Source: Verrucomicrobiota bacterium (GTDB lineage Bacteria; Verrucomicrobiota; Verrucomicrobiia; Limisphaerales; UBA11358). From it: a DNA stretch of 64,000 nucleotides. Shown here piece after piece: positions 26,683 to 34,801 of this stretch. The DNA is taken from positions 13,970-77,969 of the forward strand of contig JBEKYY010000021.1 of the NCBI GenBank assembly GCA_049510395.1, given 5' to 3'. The stretch's first letter is position 1; each line of letters begins with the position of its first letter. Made by a program: the position numbers and the translations under genes. The notes below the pieces were generated by a model. That model did not search any database and was not told the origin of the DNA. It saw only the letters and a program-made list of their open reading frames with translations.

Positions 26683-27279
26683 ATGAAAAAAACGTTTGTT
26701 CTATTGACCGCCTTGGCCCTAGCCGCCAGCGCGCTGGCGTTGGAAATTGGAAAACCCGCACCGGATTTCTCGGCCACGGACATCAACGGCAAAACGGTCA
26801 AGCTCAGCGATTACGCGGGCAAGATTGTCGTGCTGGAATCCTACAACTCCGACTGCCCGTTTTGTAACAACCAATACAAGACCGGAGCGATGCAGGAGTT
26901 GGAAAAAGACCTGGCCGCCAAGGGAGTTGTGTGGCTCATTGTCAATTCCGTCAACCCCAACCATCCCAGCCATCGCACGTCCGAACAGGCCAAACAGGAA
27001 ATCGCCGACAAGAAAATTGTTGCCACGGCTTGGATCGATGACAGTTCCGGTGCGGTTGGCCATCTTTACGGCATGAAAACCACGCCGCACACGTTCGTCG
27101 TGGACAAGAACGGCGTGCTGGTTTACGAGGGCGCGATTGACAACAAACCGGATCCGCAGCATGACCCGCGCACCGCGCGCAACTATGTCCGCGAAGCTGT
27201 AGACTCCCTGCTGGCCGGCAAACCGGTGGAAGTCAGCCAGACAAAGCCCTACGGTTGCAGCGTGAAATACGCCAATTAA
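26683..27279 (+). CDS. Secreted thioredoxin-fold thiol-disulfide oxidoreductase (TlpA/redoxin-like)
   Basis: Signal peptide MKKTFVLLTALALAASALA, the CPFC active site, and TTPHTFVVDKNGVLVY. It lies directly after the DsbD-like gene. Confidence 0.8.
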   Translation: MKKTFVLLTALALAASALALEIGKPAPDFSATDINGKTVKLSDYAGKIVVLESYNSDCPFCNNQYKTGAMQELEKDLAAKGVVWLIVNSVNPNHPSHRTSEQAKQEIADKKIVATAWIDDSSGAVGHLYGMKTTPHTFVVDKNGVLVYEGAIDNKPDPQHDPRTARNYVREAVDSLLAGKPVEVSQTKPYGCSVKYAN

Positions 27280-27767
27280 ACTATCAACGACGTGAGACGG
27301 CTTTGCCATTTCACGTGCCCGAAGAACTCGGCCGCCACCATATAACCGACGCATCCTGCCGCACCACAGCGGCATGGATGCTCCCGATAGTCTTGCAGGT
27401 CGTAGCCGTAGTTGAACGTGATTTCCTCCCCCGCCCGGATGCTGCGTTGCGCCACAATCCAAACACGCCCGCCGTCCGGTTCCGCCTCGCAATTCGGGTC
27501 GCAACTGTGATTCAGAAAACGCGCCGGGTTCCACGGCACATTGCCGTCAAGATCGTGCGTGTCGTCCGGCGAGAAAATGTATTCGTTGTTCGACTCGCAC
27601 CGGCGCAGCGATTCGGCCTTGGTAATCTTTTCGACGACGTACTCGACGACGCGTGTGCCGGCGGCAATGTCCGCCTTCGCAAACCCGCCCATGCCATGAA
27701 TGGCGGATTGGTGAAAACAAATCAGCGCCGTGTCCTCAACGGTTGAATTGTTCAATGAAGGCTGCAT
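27276..27767 (-). CDS. SET domain-containing protein (putative protein lysine methyltransferase)
   Basis: IHGMGGFA, NHSCDPNCE, GEEITFNYGYD and the post-SET cysteines CRCGAAGCVGY. Confidence 0.85.
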   Translation of the reverse strand: MQPSLNNSTVEDTALICFHQSAIHGMGGFAKADIAAGTRVVEYVVEKITKAESLRRCESNNEYIFSPDDTHDLDGNVPWNPARFLNHSCDPNCEAEPDGGRVWIVAQRSIRAGEEITFNYGYDLQDYREHPCRCGAAGCVGYMVAAEFFGHVKWQSRLTSLIV

Positions 27768-27790
27768 GATTTTGAACCTGTAGCGGCGGT

Positions 27791-28717
27791 CTATGACCGT
27801 CGCTGACCCAATTTACTATTTGGCGGCGGTCGCAGACCGCCGCTACAGCTGTTCGGCATGTCGAATCCATACTCGCGGAGAAATTCTTCCGTCGGCGCTT
27901 GAATGTCCACGCGCCGTCGCGTGAACGGGTCCGCATAGGCCAGCCGCACGGCGCGCAAGCCCAGTTCCAGCTTGTTGTCTTCGCGTCCGTAAAGCTCATC
28001 ACCCACAACTGGACAGCCAGCTTCGGCCAGATGCACGCGGATTTGGTGTGTGCGGCCTGTCATTGGCCTACATTCGATGAGCGTTAACTTGTCAGCCCCC
28101 GTTTTAAAAACCTTCGATTGGTGGGGCGAGCGTCCCCGCGAGCCGCTCGTGGACTGCGGTGACATGTCACCGCTTTTCAAAGCGCCGACATGTCGGCGCA
28201 CTCCAAAATCCGATGACCGGCCGGAAGTCTCGCCACTTCCAGACAAACTTTGCAGTACGCGGAAATGGGTTTCAGCCTCCTTGCCATTGCGGGCATCCAC
28301 TTTCATGCGCCCGACCCGACGCGGGTCCGGCGCAAGTTTGAGCCGGCAGATCCATTCAACTTCACGCGGTTTGCCGTCCACGACGGCCAGATATGTTTTC
28401 TCCATCTTTCGGCACTCAAACAAATCGGAAAACGTCTCAACCGCACCGGGACTTCGGGCGAAAAGCAAAACGCCGCTGGTGTCGCCGTCGAGCCGGTGGA
28501 CGTAGCGGAGAAATTTGATGCCGCGCGACCGCGCCCAGAAATCACGCGCGGCGATGGATGAATTGATAGCCGCCTGCAGATTGCGCCCGGTATTTTGCCA
28601 TGAAACCGGCAGGAGCATCCACCCGCGCGGCTTGTCAATGGCGATGACCGACCGATCCTCGTACAAAATCGGAATCGGCTCACAATCCGGCAGTTCGATG
28701 AAATTGGTTTTGCCCAT
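27791..28717 (-). CDS. RluA-family pseudouridine synthase carrying an in-frame repeat-derived insert
   Basis: HRLDGDTSGVLLFA (catalytic Asp) and TGRTHQIRVHLA. About 50 residues between FRVLQSL and LTLIECRPMTGRTHQIRVH are encoded by REP-like repeats (28120-28207). Confidence 0.85.
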   Translation of the reverse strand: MGKTNFIELPDCEPIPILYEDRSVIAIDKPRGWMLLPVSWQNTGRNLQAAINSSIAARDFWARSRGIKFLRYVHRLDGDTSGVLLFARSPGAVETFSDLFECRKMEKTYLAVVDGKPREVEWICRLKLAPDPRRVGRMKVDARNGKEAETHFRVLQSLSGSGETSGRSSDFGVRRHVGALKSGDMSPQSTSGSRGRSPHQSKVFKTGADKLTLIECRPMTGRTHQIRVHLAEAGCPVVGDELYGREDNKLELGLRAVRLAYADPFTRRRVDIQAPTEEFLREYGFDMPNSCSGGLRPPPNSKLGQRRS

Positions 28718-28791
28718 GTGTCAATGCCGGCAATGGCGCGCATCCAAACCCGCGCATTATAAACGCAAAACACCGGAAGGCACTGCACCCG

Positions 28792-29817
28792 TCAATGCCG
28801 CTGGCCGCCTCCCGCTATCTGCGGCTTGATCACGCAGGAACCAATGGCCGCCATTTGGGAGCACAATTTCTCATACATGGCTTCGTCCCGGTAGGTGCCA
28901 ATGATGGCGCCTCCGGATCCGGCAAAATTCGCGCTGGCGCCACACTGCCGGGCAACCTCCACCATTTGAATCTGCCAGGGCGGAAGGTTGTAAATGCCGC
29001 GCCGGACATTGAAATTATCATCCATGAGTTCCGCCAACCGCCGGGTGTCGTTTTTTAAAAGAGCTTCACGGCCAAGGTTGGTTATCTCCGCCAGACGCTT
29101 CATGGCGCCGACGACTTTGGGCTCGCCATTATTGAAACGCCCGCGGATGTCATTGTGAAATATCTCGGTCGGTTCGCTGAGGGAATTGTGGTACGCAAGA
29201 TACAGCGGCGGCAAAAGTCCGGGCGACATTGGTTCGTATTTGTAACATTTGAATCCATCCACCACCTGTTCCAGCGCCTGGTCGAAATCCATGTAAACCA
29301 AACCTTCATAAACCTGGATGACCCGGTCCTGCAACCCGCCGACGATTCCAAGCTTTTCCTTTTCGATGGACAACACAAAGGAGGGTTGCGCTACGAGGGG
29401 GATTTTAATTCCGTAGAATTCCATGAGGCAGCGCATCGTGGCAACGATGATGGCGCTGGAACCGGCCATTCCCACCTGTCGCGGGATATTGGTGTTATAG
29501 CGGATGGAAAAATTGCGATCGTGAAGCGTCAGGCGTTGCCCCTGGCAGTATTCCACAAAACGCTTGATCGTCGCCTTGATCAACCGCAGGCCGCCGTAAT
29601 AACCGTGCAATTCCACATCCCGGGCCAGGTCATGGATGGATTTGAAATTGGCGCGGTCGTCTGCGGAAGCCATGATGTCCAGCGTTTCCCATTCATACAA
29701 CACAACTTCCGCGCGGAAATTGCGAATGATGACGGAAATCGTCCGGCCATTATATCCGTCGGAAGGGTTGCCCAGCAGCCCGGCGCGGGCATGCGCGTAT
29801 TTATGAATGATGATCAA
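28792..29817 (-). CDS. GHMP-family sugar kinase, glucuronokinase-like
   Basis: ARAGLLGNPSDGYNGRTIS, YNTNIPRQVGMAGSSAII (the GHMP ATP motif) and FAGSGGAIIG. From memory it resembles the eukaryotic glucuronokinase subfamily. The start is uncertain: TTG at 29817 or ATG at 29862. Confidence 0.65.
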   Translation of the reverse strand: MIIIHKYAHARAGLLGNPSDGYNGRTISVIIRNFRAEVVLYEWETLDIMASADDRANFKSIHDLARDVELHGYYGGLRLIKATIKRFVEYCQGQRLTLHDRNFSIRYNTNIPRQVGMAGSSAIIVATMRCLMEFYGIKIPLVAQPSFVLSIEKEKLGIVGGLQDRVIQVYEGLVYMDFDQALEQVVDGFKCYKYEPMSPGLLPPLYLAYHNSLSEPTEIFHNDIRGRFNNGEPKVVGAMKRLAEITNLGREALLKNDTRRLAELMDDNFNVRRGIYNLPPWQIQMVEVARQCGASANFAGSGGAIIGTYRDEAMYEKLCSQMAAIGSCVIKPQIAGGGQRH

Positions 29818-30688
29818 GCCATGCCTCCAGATATTTTCGCAGGGCGGGCCCTTGTTGTTCATCCTCGAGCGCAAATTCCACGAAGGCGCGGAAGTAAGCC
29901 TGGAAGTTGCCGATGTCGTAACGCCGCTCATCAGCGCGCAAACAAACACCATACGCTTTGCCGCCGTCCTTCATCATCAGGCGGATGGCATCAGTGATTT
30001 GAATTTCGCCGCCCTTGCCCGGCGCAGTGCGCTTGATGGCGTCGAAAATCGCCGGCGCGAACACATAACGCGCAGCAATGGCCAGGTTGCTCGGAGCTTC
30101 CGATTTGGATGGCTTTTCGATCAGGTCTTCGATTTCAAAGACTTCGCCCTCGTTGGCGGGCTTGGCAATGCCATAACGATGGACCTCATCGTGGGGGACT
30201 TTTTCGAACGCGATCACTGCGGATGCCTTCTTCTCCGTGAAACAACATGTCATCCGCTGAACAATGTCGCTCTTGGCGTGCATGCCGATGATGGAATCCC
30301 CCAAGGCGGTCACGAACGGCTGATTGCCCACAAACGGCTCCGAGCACTGGATCGCGTGTCCCAGCCCCAGCAGTTGGCGCTGACGGGTGTAAAAGTATTG
30401 CAGCGGTGCGCGTTCGTAGTCGAGCGCTTCCAGCATTTCCTCCTTGCCGGTCTCGCGTAACTCCTGAATCAACTCGTCATTCAGGTCAAAATGGTTCTCA
30501 ATGGAGGTTTTGCCGGGACCGGTGATGAACAAAATGCGCTTCATGTTCATGCGGGTGAGTTCTTCCACCACGTATTGAACCACGGGCTTGCGCCCAACCG
30601 GCAGCATTTCTTTGGGCTGGGATTTTGTCGCGGGCAACAGCCGTGTTCCCAATCCAGCCACAGGCACCACTGCAATATTGATGTCCAT
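29801..30688 (-). CDS. galU: UTP--glucose-1-phosphate uridylyltransferase (GalU-type nucleotidyltransferase)
   Basis: VVPVAGLGTRLLPATKSQPKEMLPVGRKPVVQYVVEEL. I chose the ATG at 30688. Confidence 0.85.
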   Translation of the reverse strand: MDINIAVVPVAGLGTRLLPATKSQPKEMLPVGRKPVVQYVVEELTRMNMKRILFITGPGKTSIENHFDLNDELIQELRETGKEEMLEALDYERAPLQYFYTRQRQLLGLGHAIQCSEPFVGNQPFVTALGDSIIGMHAKSDIVQRMTCCFTEKKASAVIAFEKVPHDEVHRYGIAKPANEGEVFEIEDLIEKPSKSEAPSNLAIAARYVFAPAIFDAIKRTAPGKGGEIQITDAIRLMMKDGGKAYGVCLRADERRYDIGNFQAYFRAFVEFALEDEQQGPALRKYLEAWLDHHS

Positions 30689-31051
30689 TGTTTCCTTCCA
30701 GTCTAAAGGGTGTATGTCGGCAGGGTTTGTATCCGAATGCCATGATTTTTGCAATCACCGGTTGCAGGAAACCGTCTGACACGAAGCCAGCGCAACCATC
30801 CACCCGCGCGGCTTGTCCACGACTCATTGTAGCAGCCGACGTGAGTCGGCTCAAATCTTCGGTAGCACAAACGGAATTAAACCCTCCCTCACCCCGGCCC
30901 TCTCCCCACGGAGAGGGAGAATCATCCGTCGCCTCATTGAAACACCTGCGACTGGATTTACCGGAAGGTCATTCGAAAAACAGAAACCTGACTATGTTGT
31001 TCCTTCTCACGGGGGAGAAGGCCAGGTTGAGGGCGGGTGTCCCAACCATTC

Positions 31052-32014
31052 TCAACTCTTCCGCCATTTCTTTTTCGGCGGCTCCGGCAGGCCTTGCGCC
31101 CGGAACGCCGTGCGGAAATGGATCTTGGCGATTTTTGGCAGGCTTCCCGCACCCTGCTCCGCCACAAATTTCTTCGCCGCCTCATCCACGGCCGTCGAAG
31201 CGCCTTTTGGCAATTCCACGTTGAATTGTTTTCCCAGCTTCACCAGCCCTTTCACAAATCCGTCCCGGGCCAGGATCGAAGCCGCCGCCACCGCCAAGTC
31301 TTCTTCGGCACGGTGCTTCTGGACCAGTTCGATTCCCCGGCCCAGCGACATCAGCGCCTTTGCCACCACTTCCTTGCTCGACGCGAATTGGTCGCTGATG
31401 GCCTTGACCGGCGCAGGCTTCATCTGATGCCGCAGCGCCATCAGATTTTCAATCACACGCGCATGACCCCACGCCAGGATCGTGTTCACACTTTTCATCC
31501 TAGCATAAAGCCGGTTGTAAGCCTCATTGCCAATCGTGACGGTGTTCATTACACAACCGGATGTTTTGCGGATTTTTTCCGCCAGCTCGGAAATTTTCTT
31601 GTCGCTGGAAATGTTTTTGGAATCGCGGATGCCGGCACCCTTCCACGCCTTGACGACGTTTTCGTTGATGTAAACCCCGGCAATGCACAATGGCCCGAAG
31701 AAATCGCCCTTGCCACTCTCGTCCACGCCGATGCGCGGCAGCAGCAAATCGGGATTCAGCACCGTCTCATAACCCAGCCGCGCCTGTTTCAACACCTCCG
31801 GCTCCAGCACGAACTCGATGAATTCCTGCGTGCCTTTCCCCTGCACCACCAGTTTGCCGCTCTCGTAAAAGACCACGTTGATTTTGTCCTTCTCACCGGC
31901 GAACCGCGCGTAGGGCACCGCGCGGAACTTGAATCCGCGCGAACTCAGGGCGGTTTCGAGCGCCGACGCCTGTTCGTCGGTGAGCTTGCCCGTGTAGGAA
32001 GTCAGCGGTTTCAC
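31052..32014 (-). CDS. rnhC: Ribonuclease HIII
   Basis: An N-terminal substrate-binding domain is followed by an RNase HII-like core with GVDESGKGDFFGPLCIAGV. GTG start. Confidence 0.8.
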   Translation of the reverse strand: MKPLTSYTGKLTDEQASALETALSSRGFKFRAVPYARFAGEKDKINVVFYESGKLVVQGKGTQEFIEFVLEPEVLKQARLGYETVLNPDLLLPRIGVDESGKGDFFGPLCIAGVYINENVVKAWKGAGIRDSKNISSDKKISELAEKIRKTSGCVMNTVTIGNEAYNRLYARMKSVNTILAWGHARVIENLMALRHQMKPAPVKAISDQFASSKEVVAKALMSLGRGIELVQKHRAEEDLAVAAASILARDGFVKGLVKLGKQFNVELPKGASTAVDEAAKKFVAEQGAGSLPKIAKIHFRTAFRAQGLPEPPKKKWRKS

Positions 32015-32074
32015 TGAAAAAGGATAACCACAAAGAACACAAAGAACACAAAGTTTTTTGAAGGCTAGTCAGCC

Positions 32075-32181
32075 GGTGGGGCGAGCGCCTGTCGCGCCGT
32101 AGCCTGGCGAAGGCTGATACTCGCGAGCCGTTATCAAATACCTTTGCCCGAAACGTGGCTCGTCGGTAGCCTCGCCCCACC
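32075..32181. repeat. ggtggggcgag...ctcgccccacc palindromic element
   Basis: Termini ggtggggcgagcgcc / gtagcctcgccccacc. Same family as 26498, 34629 and 42316. Confidence 0.8.
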
Positions 32182-32231
32182 AAATTGATGTGCGTGCCAG
32201 CTCAAAACTAAGAATTCAGAACTCAAAACTG

Positions 32232-32342
32232 CGCCAGCTCGTTCCGGCTTTGCTCAACTGGTTCTCCGCCAACGCCCGCGACCTGCCTTGGCGGCGCACC
32301 CGCGATCCCTACGCCATCTGGGTGTCCGAAATCATTCTTTAG
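32232..32342 (+). pseudogene. Displaced 5' remnant of mutY
   Basis: It encodes RQLVPALLNWFSANARDLPWRRTRDPYAIWVSEIIL*. 20 of 32 residues are identical to the N-terminus of the intact mutY 1.1 kb downstream. Its GC content is host-like. Confidence 0.65.
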
Positions 32343-32438
32343 AATACATTTAGACAGACTCAAAAACCCATTGCTTTTTGGGGGTTGCCACTTTGATTAT
32401 TCTCTTGCGCTGACAATTCGCAGTGATTGAATACCGAC

Positions 32439-33266
32439 ATGGAAATCTTTGGGCAAATTATCGGTTTTATCTTCGCTGGTTTTCTTTTTTGGAAGGCATA
32501 CAAATTTTACGATAATAATAAAAATGCAGCGGGTCATTTATTGGGCGTGATTGCAGCGTTGATTTTCCTGTGTTCAATTCCCGCATTTCAAGGGTTTATC
32601 AAGGCATGGATTAATTCTAAAGTAAGCTCCAAACTAGCTGCCCTTGGCCAACAGGTTAATGAAGTTCAGTCAACGACAGGAGAAATGCAGGGTGAATTAA
32701 AAAATCACCAAAAGGAGATTGATAAACACCAAAAAGAATTAGACGTGGTTCAAGCCAAGGTTCGGGAAGCGGAATCAAATGTCTTTAGTCAGCAAACAGA
32801 CATTACAAATCAGTTCCGACAGATTTCAAAGGTTCAATCCGATTTGGCCATGGCCCAAACCAACATTTTTTCCCAACAGGAAAAACTCACAAATGTTGAA
32901 TCGTTGGTGAACATATTATTTTCAAACACTGAAGATGAAGAATTTTCCGCTTCCGACACAAATAAAGTAATAATCTTGAAACTTGGTGGTGTTCAGATGG
33001 TGGTTTTCAGACTAAAATTTGCGCCGATTCCTAATTCCATTCAAGCAATGCTTCTCCAAGGCCATAGCGGCCAAACGCCCCTTTTGCCAACAATGGGTCA
33101 ATATGTAAACATACTAACCGCAAGATTCTACAATGAAGGCAACCTAAATGGAGTATCATTTCATTTTAGATATATCAAAAATACTCGTGAAAATAACCTG
33201 ATTAAGAACATGGTTATTGTAAACACAAACACTGTTTCGTTGGATGGTGTTTCATTTCCGTTCTAA
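32439..33266 (+). CDS. Hypothetical membrane-anchored coiled-coil protein in an AT-rich block
   Basis: ATG at 32439 (MEIFGQIIGFIFAGFLFWKAYKF...). Two N-terminal TM segments, a Gln/Lys/Glu-rich coiled coil, and a beta-rich C-terminus. It is visibly AT-richer than the flanks. Confidence 0.6.
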   Translation: MEIFGQIIGFIFAGFLFWKAYKFYDNNKNAAGHLLGVIAALIFLCSIPAFQGFIKAWINSKVSSKLAALGQQVNEVQSTTGEMQGELKNHQKEIDKHQKELDVVQAKVREAESNVFSQQTDITNQFRQISKVQSDLAMAQTNIFSQQEKLTNVESLVNILFSNTEDEEFSASDTNKVIILKLGGVQMVVFRLKFAPIPNSIQAMLLQGHSGQTPLLPTMGQYVNILTARFYNEGNLNGVSFHFRYIKNTRENNLIKNMVIVNTNTVSLDGVSFPF

Positions 33267-33305
33267 TAAAATCGCCCTATGAAAATCTATACTAGGGTAT
33301 GTTGG

Positions 33306-33343
33306 TAGGTGGTAAGATTCGCCCACCTATTGGGGGTTTTTTT
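33306..33343 (+). terminator. Possible intrinsic terminator after the AT-rich ORF
   Basis: Stem taggtgg (33306-33312) / ccaccta (33323-33329), followed by ttgggggttttttt. The T-run is displaced from the stem, so support is weak. Confidence 0.3.
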
Positions 33344-33410
33344 GAATCATAACAGCCATAGCCTTTGCCGTGTTCGGCGTCCTTATGTGGCGGCATTACT
33401 GGAGGTAAAA

Positions 33411-34601
33411 ATGACGAGCCAGAACATGCGAAAAATCAACGCCATTGTTTCAAAATTGCTGGATTGGTATCCCAAGAATGCCCGTGATTTACCGTGGAGA
33501 CACACAAATGACCCCTACGCTCTTGCCGTAGCCGAAATCATGCTCCAGCAGACGCAGGTCAAGACGGTCCTGCCGTATTGGGAACGCTGGATGCGCGAAC
33601 TGCCCACCATCCAGGCGGCGGCCAGTGCCAGCCCGGACAAAATCCACAAGCTTTGGGAGGGCCTTGGCTATTACACCCGCGCCCGCAATTTGCAAAAGGC
33701 GGCGCGGCAAATCGTGGAAAAGCACGATGGCAAATTCCCGGATAATTTCGATGACGTGCTCACGTTGCCGGGCATCGGCCGTTACACCGCCGGCGCGGTT
33801 TGCAGCATCGCGTTCAACCAGCCGACGCCGATTCTCGACGGCAACGTCATCCGCGTGCTGACACGGATTTTTGGCGTCGCAGAAAATCCGCGGGAAAAGA
33901 AAACCAACGCGCAACTTTGGCAACTGGCGGCAAAACTGGTTTCTCACGCAAAGACGCCAAGTTCGCAAAGAAAAACTTTCTTGAAAAACTTTGCGGCCTT
34001 TGCGCCTTTGCGTGAGCGAAATTCCTGTTCTTTCCTCAACCAATCCCTCATGGAACTTGGCGCTTTGATTTGCACGCCACGCCAGCCGCAATGCCCGGTT
34101 TGCCCGGTAAAAAAACTTTGCGTCGCTTTCCGGGAAAATCGTGCGGCTGAACTGCCCAACCCCGGCCGGCGTATCACCACCACCGCGCGTCGCTTCATTG
34201 CTTTCGTCATTGAACGCAATGGGAAATTCCTTGTCCGGCAACGGCCCGCCGGGATCGTTAACGCGCACTTGTGGGAATTCCCTAACACCGAATTCAACGA
34301 CGCCAATGCCAAGGACGCCTTCAAATCCATTTTCGGCACCAGCCCGCCTGCTCTCGAACCGCTTTGCACGTTCAAACATTCCATCACCCGTTACCGCATC
34401 AAGCTTGAAGCCTGGCGCGTCTCTTTCGGAGGGGCGAGCTCTGCGAGACCCCAGAATAAATCGGGGCGTCGTGGAACTCCGCCCTCCGGAAAATGGCTGA
34501 CGCCGGCAAAAATGGATTCGCTCGCCCTCACCAGCGCGCACCGGAAAATTTTGGAACGGTTAAACTCAAAAATCACGCAGCCCGCGAACGGCAACGGTTG
34601 A
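33411..34601 (+). CDS. mutY: A/G-specific adenine DNA glycosylase
   Basis: ggagg SD at 33401. Motifs DPYALAVAEIMLQQTQV, GLGYYTRARNL, GIGRYTAGAV, the Fe-S cluster CTPRQPQCPVCPVKKLC, and a NUDIX-like C-terminus. It contains two repeat-derived in-frame segments. Confidence 0.9.
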   Translation: MTSQNMRKINAIVSKLLDWYPKNARDLPWRHTNDPYALAVAEIMLQQTQVKTVLPYWERWMRELPTIQAAASASPDKIHKLWEGLGYYTRARNLQKAARQIVEKHDGKFPDNFDDVLTLPGIGRYTAGAVCSIAFNQPTPILDGNVIRVLTRIFGVAENPREKKTNAQLWQLAAKLVSHAKTPSSQRKTFLKNFAAFAPLRERNSCSFLNQSLMELGALICTPRQPQCPVCPVKKLCVAFRENRAAELPNPGRRITTTARRFIAFVIERNGKFLVRQRPAGIVNAHLWEFPNTEFNDANAKDAFKSIFGTSPPALEPLCTFKHSITRYRIKLEAWRVSFGGASSARPQNKSGRRGTPPSGKWLTPAKMDSLALTSAHRKILERLNSKITQPANGNG

Positions 34602-34628
34602 TGGGTGGTGGTGCAGTTTGCAACTTTC

Positions 34629-34710
34629 GGTGGGGCGAGGCTACTGACGAGCCGGCCTCGTCGCGGCAAAGCGAAATGGAAACGGCTCTCGTCAGTAGCC
34701 TCGCCCCACC
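34629..34710. repeat. ggtggggcgaggctactgacgag...ctcgtcagtagcctcgccccacc palindromic element
   Basis: About 23-bp near-perfect terminal inverted repeats. This is the best-preserved copy of the family. Confidence 0.85.
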
Positions 34711-34801
34711 AAACTGGGCTGATACGACTGGATTAAGATTGGTTTGGGCGTTATCTTTGTGCAGCTCACCAATGATTTTGAGTCAAAGCGCGAATAAAAC
34801 G

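Noticed and set aside
33489-34541. 350-aa minus-strand ORF
   Set aside because: It is antisense to mutY.
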